The position numbers were made by a program, and so were the translations under genes. From an uncultured delta proteobacterium (GTDB lineage Bacteria; Myxococcota_A; Polyangia; Polyangiales; Polyangiaceae): 64,000 nucleotides of DNA. The stretch covers positions 3,136,001 through 3,200,000 of the forward strand of contig CAWDXG010000004.1 of assembly GCA_963806225.1 (NCBI GenBank), written 5' to 3'. Positions 38,017 through 48,037 of the stretch are shown piece by piece. The first letter of the stretch is position 1. Each line of letters opens with the position of its first letter. The notes beneath the pieces are model-generated. The model made no database searches. It was given only the letters and a program-made list of their open reading frames with translations, and was not told the DNA's origin.

Positions 38017-39319
38017 ATGGGCGACTCCGCGAGCACCACCACCGAACGCCGCGATCGCTACGTGGCGTGGGGGCTGACGTGGCTCACGTACGCGACGTAC
38101 TACACCGGCCGCAAGGGCTTCAGCGTCGCGAAGAAGGCGATCACCGAGCACCTCGGCGTCCCGGTCGCCGCGCTCGGACTCATCGATACAGCGTACCTGG
38201 CAGCCTACGCGGTCGGACAGTTCGTCAGCGGCACGCTCGGCGATCGCATCGGCGCGCGGCGGCTCATCGGCTACGGCATGCTGCTCAGCGCGGCGGCCTG
38301 TGCGGCGTTCGGCTCGATGAGCTCGGCGCTGCTCTTCGGCGTACTGTTCTGCGTCAACGGCTTCGCGCAGTCGACGGGTTGGCCCGGCACGACGCGCGCC
38401 ATGGCGGAATGGACCACGCCGAAGAACCGCGGGTCGGTGATGGCGTTCTGGGCAACGTGCTACCAGGTGGGCGGCGTCGCGGCGACCGCGTTCGCGGGCT
38501 ACCTGCTGGGGCGCTACGGCTGGCGCGCAGCCTTCTACGGTCCGGCGCTGTGGATCGCCGTCGTCGCGATCCTGGTGCTTGTGTTGCTCAAGCCCGGGCC
38601 CAGCGCCCAGACCCGCGTCAGCGCCGACGCCGACGTGCCGACGGATGGGAGCGAGCCGCCGCCCGACGCCGACAAGCCGCTCGAAGGCGAAGAACTGCTC
38701 GCCGTGCGGCGCCGCGCACAGCGCGAGGTCCTCAAGAGCCCGGTGCTCTGGTCGTACGGCCTTTCGTACTTCTTCATCAAGCTAATCCGCTACAGCCTGC
38801 TGTTCTGGCTGCCGTTCTACCTGGCCAAGCAGCTCGGTTACGCGGAGACGGAGGCGGCCTACGTCTCGACCGCGTTCGACGTGGGCGGCATCGCCGGCGT
38901 GATCGTGATCGGCATCGTCTCCGACCGGCTCCGGAGCGTGTCGCGCTCGCTGCTCTCGGCGCTGTGGCTGTTCGGGCTCGCAGCAGCGCTGCTCGTCTAC
39001 GCCGGGCTGGGCACCCCCGCCGTCGGCGTCAACGTCGCGATGCTGGGCGCTGATCGGCGCCATGCTGTTCGGCCCCGACTCGCTGATCTCCGGCGCCGCG
39101 GCGCAGGACGCGGGCGGTCCTCACGCGGCGGCCATGGCCACCGGCTTCGTCGACGGCGTCGGCTCCATCGGCGCCGTGCTCGAGGGCCTGCTGGTCCCCT
39201 GGGTGAGCAATCGCTTCGGCTGGCACTCGTTGTTCATCCTGTTCGTCGCCTGCGCCGTCGTCGGCGGTCTGTGCCTGCTGCCGACCTCGCGCCGCGTCCC
39301 CGCCCCCCGCACCGACTAG
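38017..39319 (+). CDS. MFS organophosphate transporter (GlpT/UhpT-like; apparent frameshift near 39046)
   Basis: YYTGRKGFS, GDRIGARR, QSTGWP, KLIRYSLLFWLP; C-terminus FGPDSLISG..GFVDGVGSIG in ORF 39062-39319. Confidence 0.88.
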
Positions 39320-39363
39320 CAGAACAACCGAATCCCTGCCCCCTGGCCCCTTCGACGCCTGCC

Positions 39364-40116
39364 TCAGCGCTCGAAGCGCCGCCAGCTGCCGTTGATCAGC
39401 CGCTCGTGCGGCATGTAGCGCGCCTTGTACTGCATGGCATCACAGTCGGCGATGTACAGCCCGAGGTACAGGAAGCGCAGACCCCAGTTCCGGCACAGCT
39501 CCACCTGCTTCATGATGGAAAACGTACCGGGGCTCGCGCGTTCGAAGGCGGGGTCGTAGTAGCAGTACACCGCAGAGAGCGCGTTCTGTCCGTGGTCGGA
39601 CAGTGCAATCGCGACCAGCTCGCCGTCGATCCGAAGTAGCGGATCTCGAAGCTGTCGCAACAGCTGCTGACCAGGAAATCGCGATAGCCTTCCGCGATCG
39701 ATGGGCGGCTGTCCGTCGCCGAGCCCGCGTTCGCGCTTGTGCAGGTTGTACAGCGCAACCCGACGCGAATCGACAACGGGCACCCCGATCTCCACGTCGA
39801 ACAGTTGCTGGCCGCGTACGAAGGCGCGCCGCTGCGAACGGTCCGGCGAAAACCGGGTCACGTCGATGCGGATGGGCTCGCAGGCGCGACACGCCGGGCA
39901 GGCCGTCCGGTACAGGACGTAGCCCTGACGGCGGTCGCCAGCGAGGAGTCGATCGTCGAGCTCCTCGCGCGACAGCTCGCGCGTCGGCAGCCTGAGCGGC
40001 AGACGCGCGACGCGCCCGTCGAGGTATGGGCAGGGGCCCGGCTTGTCGTACACGACGAGCTCGGGTGGACTGCCAGGCAGGATAGGAATCGTCACGGCCT
40101 CGCTCGACGTTCCCAT
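39364..40116 (-). CDS. bpt: Asp/Glu leucyltransferase / arginyl-tRNA-protein transferase family (apparent frameshifts near 39697 and 39633)
   Basis: CPYL, GDRRQG..LYR..CPACRAC..IRIDV, LSAVYCYYDP, SPGTFSI, YLGLYI..C..MQYK. Confidence 0.85.
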   Translation of the reverse strand: MGTSSEAVTIPILPGSPPELVVYDKPGPCPYLDGRVARLPLRLPTRELSREELDDRLLAGDRRQGYVLYRTACPACRACEPIRIDVTRFSPDRSQRRAFVRGQQLFDVEIGVPVVDSRRVALYNLHKRERGLGDGQPPIDRGRLSRFPGQQLLRQLRDPLLRIDGELVAIALSDHGQNALSAVYCYYDPAFERASPGTFSIMKQVELCRNWGLRFLYLGLYIADCDAMQYKARYMPHERLINGSWRRFER

Positions 40117-40120
40117 CCCA

Positions 40121-40639
40121 CTAGCGTAATGCGCTCGCTGGCCAGGAGGCGGCCGAGGCGGGGCATGAATCTGGTCGACGGCGCCCTGGACCCTTGATAG
40201 ATCCGGCGATTTGGCGCCCACTATCCCGACCGTCTTCCGTTGGCACTGCAAACAGCGGGATGTACTCCGAGCGGTAGCCGTCGCGCGCCAGCGCCTTGCC
40301 GCTCTGGTCGAGGTCGAACTCGATGAAGCGCACGCCCGCCAGCTGCTTGTCGAGCTGCCCCGAGGCGAGTGCCTTGTGGAAGCGCCGACACGGCTCGCAC
40401 CACGTAGCGCCGACATAGACCACGACGCGCTCCCCGGCGCGCCGCGCACGCAAGAGCTCGGAGTGGATGAAGGGCGCGACCGAGTCGACGTTCCGCGGCC
40501 CCTCGACGATCTGCGGTCGGTGCGCCGCCTTGGCGGGCTCTGCCGAGACGGCCGTCGGTGCTGGAGCGGCGTCGGAGCTCTTGCACGCGGGAAGCCCGAG
40601 CAGCGCCAGCACACCGACCCATCGAACGACAGCCATCAC
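40121..40639 (-). CDS. thioredoxin-like lipoprotein (C-terminus disturbed by apparent frameshift)
   Basis: Lipobox LPAC; VYVGATWCEPC; YIP cis-Pro motif. Confidence 0.75.
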   Translation of the reverse strand: MMAVVRWVGVLALLGLPACKSSDAAPAPTAVSAEPAKAAHRPQIVEGPRNVDSVAPFIHSELLRARRAGERVVVYVGATWCEPCRRFHKALASGQLDKQLAGVRFIEFDLDQSGKALARDGYRSEYIPLFAVPTEDGRDSGRQIAGSIKGPGRRRPDSCPASAASWPASALR

Positions 40640-40703
40640 GCAGTGAGCATAGCAAACCGGACCCACACGCAAGCCCGAGCGCGCGGGCACGCGAGTGCAA
40701 CGC

Positions 40704-42026
40704 CTAGATCCCAGCGCGACGGGCGAGCCGGTTGGCCTGGGTGCGCGCTGTCGCCGCGACGCGCGGCGCGTCGAGGGTCGTCAGGGCGCCGCTGTCCACC
40801 ACCTGTTCGCCACCGACAAAGACGTGCTCCACGTCGCGCGCCTGTGCGGCGTAGACCAGCACGCTGACGGGGTCGAGCGCCGGCGCGACATGCACGCCGT
40901 CAGTGCGCACCACGACCAGATCGGCTTCCTTGCCGGGCTCGAGCGACCCGATGCGCGCTTCCAGCCCCAGCACGCGCGCACCGTCGAGGGTTGCCATGCG
41001 GAGCACGTCGCGCGCGGGCAGTACGCCGGGCCCGGCTCGCACGCTGGACAATAGCGCCGCATGGCGGATTTCCACCCACGGGTCGAGGTTGTTGTTGCAG
41101 GGTGCGCCGTCGGGGCCCAGCCCGACCACCACGCCCTCGGCCCGCATCGCGGCGACGCGCGCAATGCCGCTGCCAAGCTTCAGGTTGGCACTCGGGCAGT
41201 GCACCACTCGAGTGCCGTCGCGGGAAAGCTGCCGCACCTGGCCCGGCGTCAGCTGCGCGCCGTGCGCGATCGACGCGCGGGGACCGCGCATGCCCCAACG
41301 CCTGAGCAGCGTCACGTCGTCGGCGCCCAGCGCCGCGCGGACGGCGGCGCGCTCGCCCGGGTGCTCCGCGGCGTGCGTGTGGAACAGCGCGCCGCCCTCA
41401 CGTGCCCGCTCCACCGCGCCGCGCACCAGCGCTTCGGTGCACGACAGGATGAAGCGCGGGATCCAGGCGTAGCCCACGCGACCGGAAGGGTGACCGCTCC
41501 AGGTCCGCTCCAGGCGCTCGGCGTCGGCGAGCTCGCGGCGCGTGCTCTGCCGGAGCCGGCGCGGCACGCCGGCGCCGCTGTCCATCAGCGTCTTCCCGCC
41601 GACCACGCGGATCCCCGAGCGCACGCAGGCGTCGAACACCGCATCGTGGTGGTGCACCGTCCCCAGATCGAGGATCGCGGTCACGCCCGCGCGCAGCATC
41701 TCGGCCAGCCCGACCTCGGCGCTGGCGGTGATGCTCGCTTCGTCGTGCGCCGCTTCCAGCGGCCACACGCGCCGCCTCAGCCAGTCGAGCAGCGGCAGAT
41801 CGTCGGCCATGCCGCGCATCAGCGCCTGGCACAGGTGCACATGCGACATCACCAGGCCGGGCAGCACGATGCGGCCCTTCACGTCCAGCACGCGGGCCCC
41901 GCGCCGTGGCCGCACGCGCCCGATGCCGGCGATGCGTCCATCGCGAACGAGCACGTCGCCTTGGAGCACGCGGCTGTCCGCGTCACACGTCACCAGCGTG
42001 CCACCTCGCAGACAGAGCTCGCTCAT
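40704..42026 (-). CDS. amidohydrolase, MTA/SAH / 5'-deoxyadenosine deaminase-like
   Basis: PGLVMSHVHLCQ, HTHAAE, HCPSANLKLGSG, GPDGAPCNN; start overlaps the cdd stop. Confidence 0.88.
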   Translation of the reverse strand: MSELCLRGGTLVTCDADSRVLQGDVLVRDGRIAGIGRVRPRRGARVLDVKGRIVLPGLVMSHVHLCQALMRGMADDLPLLDWLRRRVWPLEAAHDEASITASAEVGLAEMLRAGVTAILDLGTVHHHDAVFDACVRSGIRVVGGKTLMDSGAGVPRRLRQSTRRELADAERLERTWSGHPSGRVGYAWIPRFILSCTEALVRGAVERAREGGALFHTHAAEHPGERAAVRAALGADDVTLLRRWGMRGPRASIAHGAQLTPGQVRQLSRDGTRVVHCPSANLKLGSGIARVAAMRAEGVVVGLGPDGAPCNNNLDPWVEIRHAALLSSVRAGPGVLPARDVLRMATLDGARVLGLEARIGSLEPGKEADLVVVRTDGVHVAPALDPVSVLVYAAQARDVEHVFVGGEQVVDSGALTTLDAPRVAATARTQANRLARRAGI

Positions 42027-42416
42027 CGATGGAACCTGAACGGCGCAGGCAGGAGCTCGGCCAGGGTCGAGCGACGCTCCGACGAGGGACCCACCGCGAC
42101 CACCGGCACGTCGCCGTCGGCGAACTCCATCAGCGCCTGCCGGCAGATACCGCAGGGCATGGCCGGTTCGTCCGCCTCGGTGTAGACGACCACAGCCGAG
42201 AGCCGCTCTTCGCCCGCGGCAACCATCTGCGCGATCGCCCCGCGCTCGGCACAAACGGTCGCGCCGTAGCTGGCGTTTTCCACGTTGCAGCCGGTATACA
42301 CCCTGCCCGCTCGCGCCGCGCAGGGCGGCGCCCACCTTGAAACCCGAGTACGGTGCGTAGGCGCGGCTCTGCACCTGCCGCGCAGCCTCGACCAGCTCGC
42401 GCTCGTCCGTACTCAT
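42023..42416 (-). CDS. cdd: cytidine deaminase (apparent frameshift near 42302)
   Basis: AYAPYSGFKVGAAL, then YTGCNVENASYGATVCAER..PCGICRQ. Confidence 0.92.
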
Positions 42417-43243
42417 CCCTGGACCTCGGCGTGCGCGAGCTCCACCCAGCGCCCGAGCACCTCGGTGAACGCCTGGCGGGTGCGCCGCGCGGTCTCCTCG
42501 ACTTCCTTGTGGTCGAGCAGCGCGCCCGACAGCCCGGCGGCGAGGTTCGTGATGCAGCTCATGGCGCCGACGCGCACCCTACGGTGACGCAGCGCGATCA
42601 CCTCCGGCACCGTGCTCATGCCCACCGCGTCCGCACCTAGAGTGGCGAGCATGCGGATCTCGGCCGGAGTCTCGTAGCTGGGCCCGAGCATGGCGGCGTA
42701 CACGCCCTCGGCGAGCTTCACCGACACGTCCGCCGCGGCGCGACGCGCGGCGTCACACAGCGCTTCGTCGTAGGCCCGCGTCATGTCCGGAAAGCGCGGC
42801 CCCGCCGCGTCGTCGTTCGGCCCCACCAGCGGGTTCCGCGCCATCAGGTTCAGGTGATCGGTGATGAGCATCAGATCGCCGGCGGCGAGCCGCTCCGAGA
42901 TACCTCCCGCGGCGTTGGTGATCAGCACCGCGCGGCAACCGAGCGCCGCCAGCAGCCGCACGCCGAACACGACGCGGTCGAGCGGGTGCCCTTCGTAGGT
43001 GTGCACGCGGCCCTGGAGGCAGGCGACCTCCGCGCTTCCGACGCGCCCCAGACACAGGTTGCCGGCATGCCCCACGACCGCCGAGCGCGGCATGTACGGC
43101 ACCTCGGCGTACGGGACCTTCAGGAGATCGTCGAGCCCATCTGCGAATGCGCCCAGGCCCGAACCCAGGACCAGGCCGATGGCTGGCTGGGTGGCGCGGA
43201 GCTTTCTCACGTGGGCGGCGGCTGCGTCGAGCTGCTCGGTCAT
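42413..43243 (-). CDS. punA: purine-nucleoside phosphorylase (trimeric PunA/XapA type)
   Basis: VLGSGLG, GHAG, QGRVHTYEG, TNAAGG, GPSYETPAE, VGMSTVPE, ITNLAAG; SD GGAGGAG. Confidence 0.93.
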   Translation of the reverse strand: MTEQLDAAAAHVRKLRATQPAIGLVLGSGLGAFADGLDDLLKVPYAEVPYMPRSAVVGHAGNLCLGRVGSAEVACLQGRVHTYEGHPLDRVVFGVRLLAALGCRAVLITNAAGGISERLAAGDLMLITDHLNLMARNPLVGPNDDAAGPRFPDMTRAYDEALCDAARRAAADVSVKLAEGVYAAMLGPSYETPAEIRMLATLGADAVGMSTVPEVIALRHRRVRVGAMSCITNLAAGLSGALLDHKEVEETARRTRQAFTEVLGRWVELAHAEVQG

Positions 43244-43421
43244 TCTCCTCCATCGGCAGCAAGGCGCTGCCTCGCGCGAGCGTCACCCGAGCGCGAGGCC
43301 GCGAAAAGGGGAAATCGGGCGCATCGATGGGGCTGGCAGAGCCCGCGGGCGTGCTATGGTCCGCGGCTCTTCGGCGAAAGAAGCCCCCGCGTGGGGCTCA
43401 TCATCCGTTCAGCAGAGGCCC

Positions 43422-43754
43422 ATGGCAAGCAAGTTCGACCAGTTCCTGAACGACAACAAGATCGACCCCCGGCGGCTCCTCGCGACCTCGCACCGCATCG
43501 AGCAACTGCACCGCGAAGACCGCGAGCTCAAGCTCAAGAAGAAGCAAGGCAAGCTCGAGGCCGCCGGCGAGGGCGAGGAGCAGAAGCCGCCGCCGAAGCC
43601 GCGTTCGGGCCGGCCGGTGACCCGGCGACTGCTACAGGACGTGTCGGCCGGCAAGCCCGTCTCCGGCGCCGCCAAGACCCGGCTTCTGAGGGCAGTCAAC
43701 CACGTGCTCCAGCAGAAGAAGAAGGACCCGGTCGAGCTGAAGGCCCTGTTCTAG
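43422..43754 (+). CDS. small basic hypothetical protein, possible HTH-like DNA binder
   Basis: 110-aa ORF MASKFDQFL..RSGRPVTRRLL..AGKPVS..KTRLLRAVN..LF with good GC3 codon pattern; TGcTATGGT extended -10 upstream. Confidence 0.75.
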   Translation: MASKFDQFLNDNKIDPRRLLATSHRIEQLHREDRELKLKKKQGKLEAAGEGEEQKPPPKPRSGRPVTRRLLQDVSAGKPVSGAAKTRLLRAVNHVLQQKKKDPVELKALF

Positions 43755-43927
43755 GGCCACCTGGCTCGCAGCGCGGGCTCCACCCGCCCTGGAACTGAAA
43801 GTCACGGGCCCTCCGGGCATCTGACCCAGGGATGCCCGTTGCTGTCGCTGCTGCCGACCGCCTGTCGTGGAACCCTGTTTCCGGCGAGAACGGGTCCCGC
43901 GCAAGCTCACGGAGTAGACTGGTGGTC

Positions 43928-44548
43928 GTGTCCGATGGCGACGATCTCGTAGAGCGCTGCCGCGCCGGGGACGACGCGGCATTCCGCGAGCTTTTCAGGC
44001 AACACCGCAGCGACGTCGCGCGGCTGGTACACCGCATGCTCGGTCCCAGCAGCGACGTCGATGACGTGATCCAGGAGGTCTTCCTCCAGGTCCACCGCAG
44101 CGTCCGCGACTTCCGTGGGCAAGCACGTTTCTCCACGTGGCTCTACCGCGTCACGGTCAACGTCGTCTTGATGCACCGGCGTGCCGCCCGCAGCCGTCCG
44201 GTGTTCTCGGAGGTTCCCGAGGGCTTCTCGATCTCCGACGGGCGCGCACTGCCGGATGACCAGGTCGCACGCCGCGCTCGCATGCGCGCATTCGAGCGGC
44301 TGCTCGAGCGTCTGAGCGACAAGAAGCGCACGGTCTTCATCCTCCACGAGCTGGAAGGCATGGCACCCGCCGATATCGCGACCATCGTCGGGGCGCCGGT
44401 GCTCACGGTACGCACGCGCCTCTTCTACGCACGCCGCGAGCTGGCCGAGATGCTGCGCGAGGAGCCCACACTGTCCGCGCTGGCAGACGACATGGCGGCG
44501 CCGCGCCAGAAGAAATCCGCCCGCCCCCGCAACAAGGAGGCGACCTGA
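43928..44548 (+). CDS. ECF sigma factor (start may be 43832)
   Basis: GDDAAFRELF, DDVIQEVFL, FRGQARFSTWLYRVTVN, R.VFILHELEG, TVRTRLFYARREL. Confidence 0.92.
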   Translation: MSDGDDLVERCRAGDDAAFRELFRQHRSDVARLVHRMLGPSSDVDDVIQEVFLQVHRSVRDFRGQARFSTWLYRVTVNVVLMHRRAARSRPVFSEVPEGFSISDGRALPDDQVARRARMRAFERLLERLSDKKRTVFILHELEGMAPADIATIVGAPVLTVRTRLFYARRELAEMLREEPTLSALADDMAAPRQKKSARPRNKEAT

Positions 44549-45693
44549 TGGCCCGTGACGACATCGACGTGCTGCGCCAGCTCATCCGCGAAAAGCGCGG
44601 CGAGCCGCCTCCGGAAGTCGACTGGGATCACGTCGAGCAACAGCTGATGTTGAAGGTCGAAAGCGACGCTCCAGCACCGCTTCCGCGTTCCTCGCCCTGG
44701 CCCGCGCTGGCTCTGGTGGCTGCAGCCGCCGCCGTGGCGATCGCCGGCATCGGCCTGCTCAATCGCTCCTCCCACCAGGTCGCCGCTACCAGCGCTCCCG
44801 CCGCACCGAAGGCGCCGGTGGCCAGGGTGCTGCGCGCACCGTCCCATCGCATCTTCGGCGTCTCGCAGACCAAGCTGTCCGGCGACAAGCTCGCCGTGGG
44901 CGACCGGGTCGTGGCGGGCGCGCAGGCGGTGCGGGTCGAGCACGCGGGCCGCGCGACGTGGACGCTTTCGCCGGGCGGCCGCGCGACCGTCGCCCTCGTG
45001 GGTCGCTATCTGACGGTGCGACTCGAGACCGGATCGGTGACGGCCGACGTGGTGCCCAGCCCCCGCCCCGAGTCGTTCGCCGTGGAAGTGAAGGGCACGC
45101 GCGTTGCTGTGCACGGGACGCACTTCACGGTGCAGCGCCTGGGCGATCACGCGAAGGTGACGCTCGAGCGCGGCGTGGTCGCCGTCGGACCGACCAGCGA
45201 GCGCGGCCACACCCAGGGCTGGCTGATGACGGCTCCGGCCACCGGCACCTTCTCGCTCGACGGCGCCAGCACCGGCCACGTCGAACAGGGCAAGCCGGCT
45301 CCGGAAGGAACCGCGGCAGCCCGCAAGCCCGCGCGGGCCCCCGCCGCTGCGCCCACGCCCGCACCAGCCGCGCCGGCACAGGCCACCGGGGCGCCCACTC
45401 CGCTGCCGATCCAGCCGACCGACGACGAGCTCACGCGCGGCGCCGAACAGGTGGCGGCGACCGTCAGGAGCTGCTTCGCGAAGCACACCGAGTCCGACCA
45501 GGGCATGCGCATCAGCGCCCATTCCAAGCTGTCCATCGACATCGCCCCCGGCGGCAACATCCAGACGCTGCATTTCAATCCGCCGCTGGCCCCGTCGGTC
45601 CAGCGCTGCAGTGCCGGCGTCATGCAGTCGGTACACTTCGCCGCGTCGAAACAGGGCGCCACCGTCACGCGGACGCTGAAGCTACAGCGATAG
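44548..45693 (+). CDS. FecR-domain anti-sigma factor with C-terminal TonB-C-like domain
   Basis: TGATG overlap with the ECF gene; TM helix; LETG..V, VAVHGTHFTV, VTLERGVVAV; C-terminal RSCF..IAPGG.I..FNPPLAP.VQRC. Confidence 0.85.
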   Translation: MARDDIDVLRQLIREKRGEPPPEVDWDHVEQQLMLKVESDAPAPLPRSSPWPALALVAAAAAVAIAGIGLLNRSSHQVAATSAPAAPKAPVARVLRAPSHRIFGVSQTKLSGDKLAVGDRVVAGAQAVRVEHAGRATWTLSPGGRATVALVGRYLTVRLETGSVTADVVPSPRPESFAVEVKGTRVAVHGTHFTVQRLGDHAKVTLERGVVAVGPTSERGHTQGWLMTAPATGTFSLDGASTGHVEQGKPAPEGTAAARKPARAPAAAPTPAPAAPAQATGAPTPLPIQPTDDELTRGAEQVAATVRSCFAKHTESDQGMRISAHSKLSIDIAPGGNIQTLHFNPPLAPSVQRCSAGVMQSVHFAASKQGATVTRTLKLQR

Positions 45694-45701
45694 AGCAACT
45701 C

Positions 45702-45740
45702 TGTGGCATTTTGCTACAGTTAGTGTAGCGAAATGCCACA
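45702..45740. terminator. 17-bp inverted repeat between convergent genes, probable bidirectional terminator
   Basis: TGTGGCATTTTGCTACA-gttag-TGTAGCGAAATGCCACA with one G:T pair; fills the 49-nt gap between the two stop codons. Confidence 0.7.
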
Positions 45741-45742
45741 TA

Positions 45743-46156
45743 TCAGTCCTCGCGCCGCATGACCACGGCTCGTCCGTCTCCGAGCATCCAGCGGATCGAG
45801 CGATCGCTGTCGAGCTTGAAGTGAGCGTGGTCGACCGTGCCGTCCCTGCGATGGATGGCGAGCTTTACGTCGCGCTGGTGCTCGCCGACCTTGTCCACCT
45901 CGTAGGTCCCGCTGCGGGGCTCTTCGGCCGGGATCGCCACCGTGATGGTGGAACCAGCGAACTCCATGCTGGTTCCCTTGGCCCACCCGGTGGCTGCCGC
46001 CACGTCGGCCTGGTCGAAGTTCTCGACGCTGTCGCCGAGCCAGCGTCCTTCGAGCTTGCCGCGGACCGGATTTCCGCATCCCCCCATCCCGATCGCGAGG
46101 GCGGCCAGCATCAGGGCTCCCGCCAGACCGTTCGCTTTCAGCTTGGGTTGTGTCAT
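45743..46156 (-). CDS. small lipoprotein (lipocalin-like beta pattern)
   Basis: Signal ending MGGC; KLEGRW, RSGTYEV. Confidence 0.75.
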   Translation of the reverse strand: MTQPKLKANGLAGALMLAALAIGMGGCGNPVRGKLEGRWLGDSVENFDQADVAAATGWAKGTSMEFAGSTITVAIPAEEPRSGTYEVDKVGEHQRDVKLAIHRRDGTVDHAHFKLDSDRSIRWMLGDGRAVVMRRED

Positions 46157-46285
46157 TCGGGATAATGGTAGGATACACACCTACACCTGCCCACAAATTG
46201 GCACCTGATGCCGGCCCGAGCGCCAGCCGCGCGGTAGTCGGGCCAGGATCCAGCTTTTTTGCGGTAGGTTCTGGGTTCCTTTCGC

Positions 46286-46936
46286 ATGCAGCCCACCACG
46301 CTGACCCTGCCGCAGCTCCGCCGCGTCATCCAGAACACCTGGGAAGAGATCACCGCCTGGTTGATCGCCAAGCCGCGCATCCTCGCGCTGCCCCACCCGG
46401 AACAGCAGATCCTGTTCGAGATCGGGTGCCGGCTACGCGACGCCCTGCGCAGCCTCTCCAGCAACGCCGCGTGGGACCGGATGTACTTCGACGGCTCGAG
46501 CTCGACGCTGGGCGCCCACGCGATCGCGGACGCCGTGGGGCGCCATCCGCCGATCTATCTCGACACCCGTCAGCTCTTCCAGGTGCAGAGCAACCGACCC
46601 CGCGCCGTGAACGAGCCGGACGTGGCCGTGGCGGTGCACGTGCTGCGCTCCTGCAACGAGATCCTCGACCTGGACGACGACGGGCGGCCCCGCCACCAGT
46701 CGTGGCTACCGACGAACCTGCGCGCGCAGGGCTGGCTCCTGGAAGAGCACGTGCGGCAGCTCACCGATCTCTCGGGCGAAGCATGTGATGGCTTCCTGTT
46801 CGTGATCTACAGCAACGAGGCGCGTCGCCGCACCTCGGTGGATCTGCGCGAGGTCGCATCGTGGGCGTCGTGGCACCAGCCCACCGAGACGTTCTGGTGG
46901 GCCTCGCGCCACTTCCGCGCCAAGGGCACGCGCTGA
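46286..46936 (+). CDS. hypothetical protein
   Basis: 216-aa ORF with strong GC3 bias and globular composition. Confidence 0.75.
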   Translation: MQPTTLTLPQLRRVIQNTWEEITAWLIAKPRILALPHPEQQILFEIGCRLRDALRSLSSNAAWDRMYFDGSSSTLGAHAIADAVGRHPPIYLDTRQLFQVQSNRPRAVNEPDVAVAVHVLRSCNEILDLDDDGRPRHQSWLPTNLRAQGWLLEEHVRQLTDLSGEACDGFLFVIYSNEARRRTSVDLREVASWASWHQPTETFWWASRHFRAKGTR

Positions 46937-46963
46937 GCGCGAGAAGGCCCGCGCCGCTGCCCG

Positions 46964-47937
46964 CTACTTGCAGCAGCGCACGCCGAGGCTGTAGTCGAAG
47001 TACTGGGGCGGATGCGTGCTGATGCGCGATTCGCAGCCGTCGCGCGTGCCGCGCGAGTAGAAGCCGCCCAGGAACGCACCGTCGGGATCGTCGACCCACT
47101 CGTCGAGATTGCCGACCATGTCGTAGACCGCGTCGTCGCCCCATCGACTCGGCAGGCGGGCGTCTGCCCCGTCTTGCGGAGCAGCGGCTCGCCGTGGAAC
47201 GTGACCTCGTTCAGCCGCGGGTCGAGGTGCCCGATCGAGGCATTCCCGTGCAGGATGAACGCGGGGTGAGACGCACGAAACACGTTGCAGGCGCCCTGCT
47301 GGTACGTGTCGCCATAGGGAAACGGGCGGTCCTGCTCGCCACGGCAGGCCGTCACCCACTCGCCGGGCGTGCACAGCCGCTTGCCCGCCGCCTCGCACGC
47401 CTCGCGAGCCAGCTTCTGGTCGAGGTAGCCGTTCGGCAGCACGTTCCGGCGCGAGACCGCCTTCGGCATGAAGTGGCCGTGGAGCTCCCAGTCGGGCGGC
47501 GCCGGCACCGGCATCTGCCGGGCGCTCGGCGGTCCGTCGCTCAACCGCTTTCTCTGCCAGCGCTCGTACGACGCGCGCACCTGCGACGGCGTCGGGTGAT
47601 AGTACGGCGAGAGCGTCCGGCCGCTGTCCGTATCGACGAGCGAGTCCTCGTAGCGGTCGATGCAGAAGCGGCCGTGGATGTCGACCATGTCCGGCGGGCA
47701 GCGCGACGGCCCCGCGCCCCAGGGTCCGGGAAGGATCTCGTGCCCCGGTGCCGCCGGCGGAGCGATGTCGCCACCATCCGGCAGGTACAGAAGCTGCGGC
47801 ACCGCCGGCCCCGGCGCGGCCGCAACGCTACTTTCGCTGCTCGCGGCGCTGGAGTGCGCCTTGTGCGGCGGCTCCTTGTGCTCGCAGCCCGCCGTGACGA
47901 GCAGAGCCAGCACGAACACGAAACCAGCGCGGAGCAT
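46964..47937 (-). CDS. SUMF1/FGE-sulfatase-domain lipoprotein (apparent frameshift near 47150)
   Basis: Lipobox TAGC; CPPDM, FCIDRYE, GKRLCTPGEWVTAC, FPYG; then YDMVGNLDEWV..GVRCC. Confidence 0.88.
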
Positions 47938-48037
47938 CGACTCCGAGCGTAGAAGAGCCACCCCGATGCGCAAACAAAGCCGGGCCGCGCCGCCCAACGC
48001 TCCCCCGGAAGCCCGCAGTCGGGAGCCCGACCGGAGC

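Noticed and set aside
40704..42416. Cytidine deaminase-amidohydrolase fusion ORF
   Set aside because: Frameshift near 42302. The cdd C-terminal half is in ORF 42023-42301 with its own stop.
46198..46216. TTGGCAC sigma54-like motif upstream of the 46286 gene
   Set aside because: No GC at the required 10-nt spacing from the GG.
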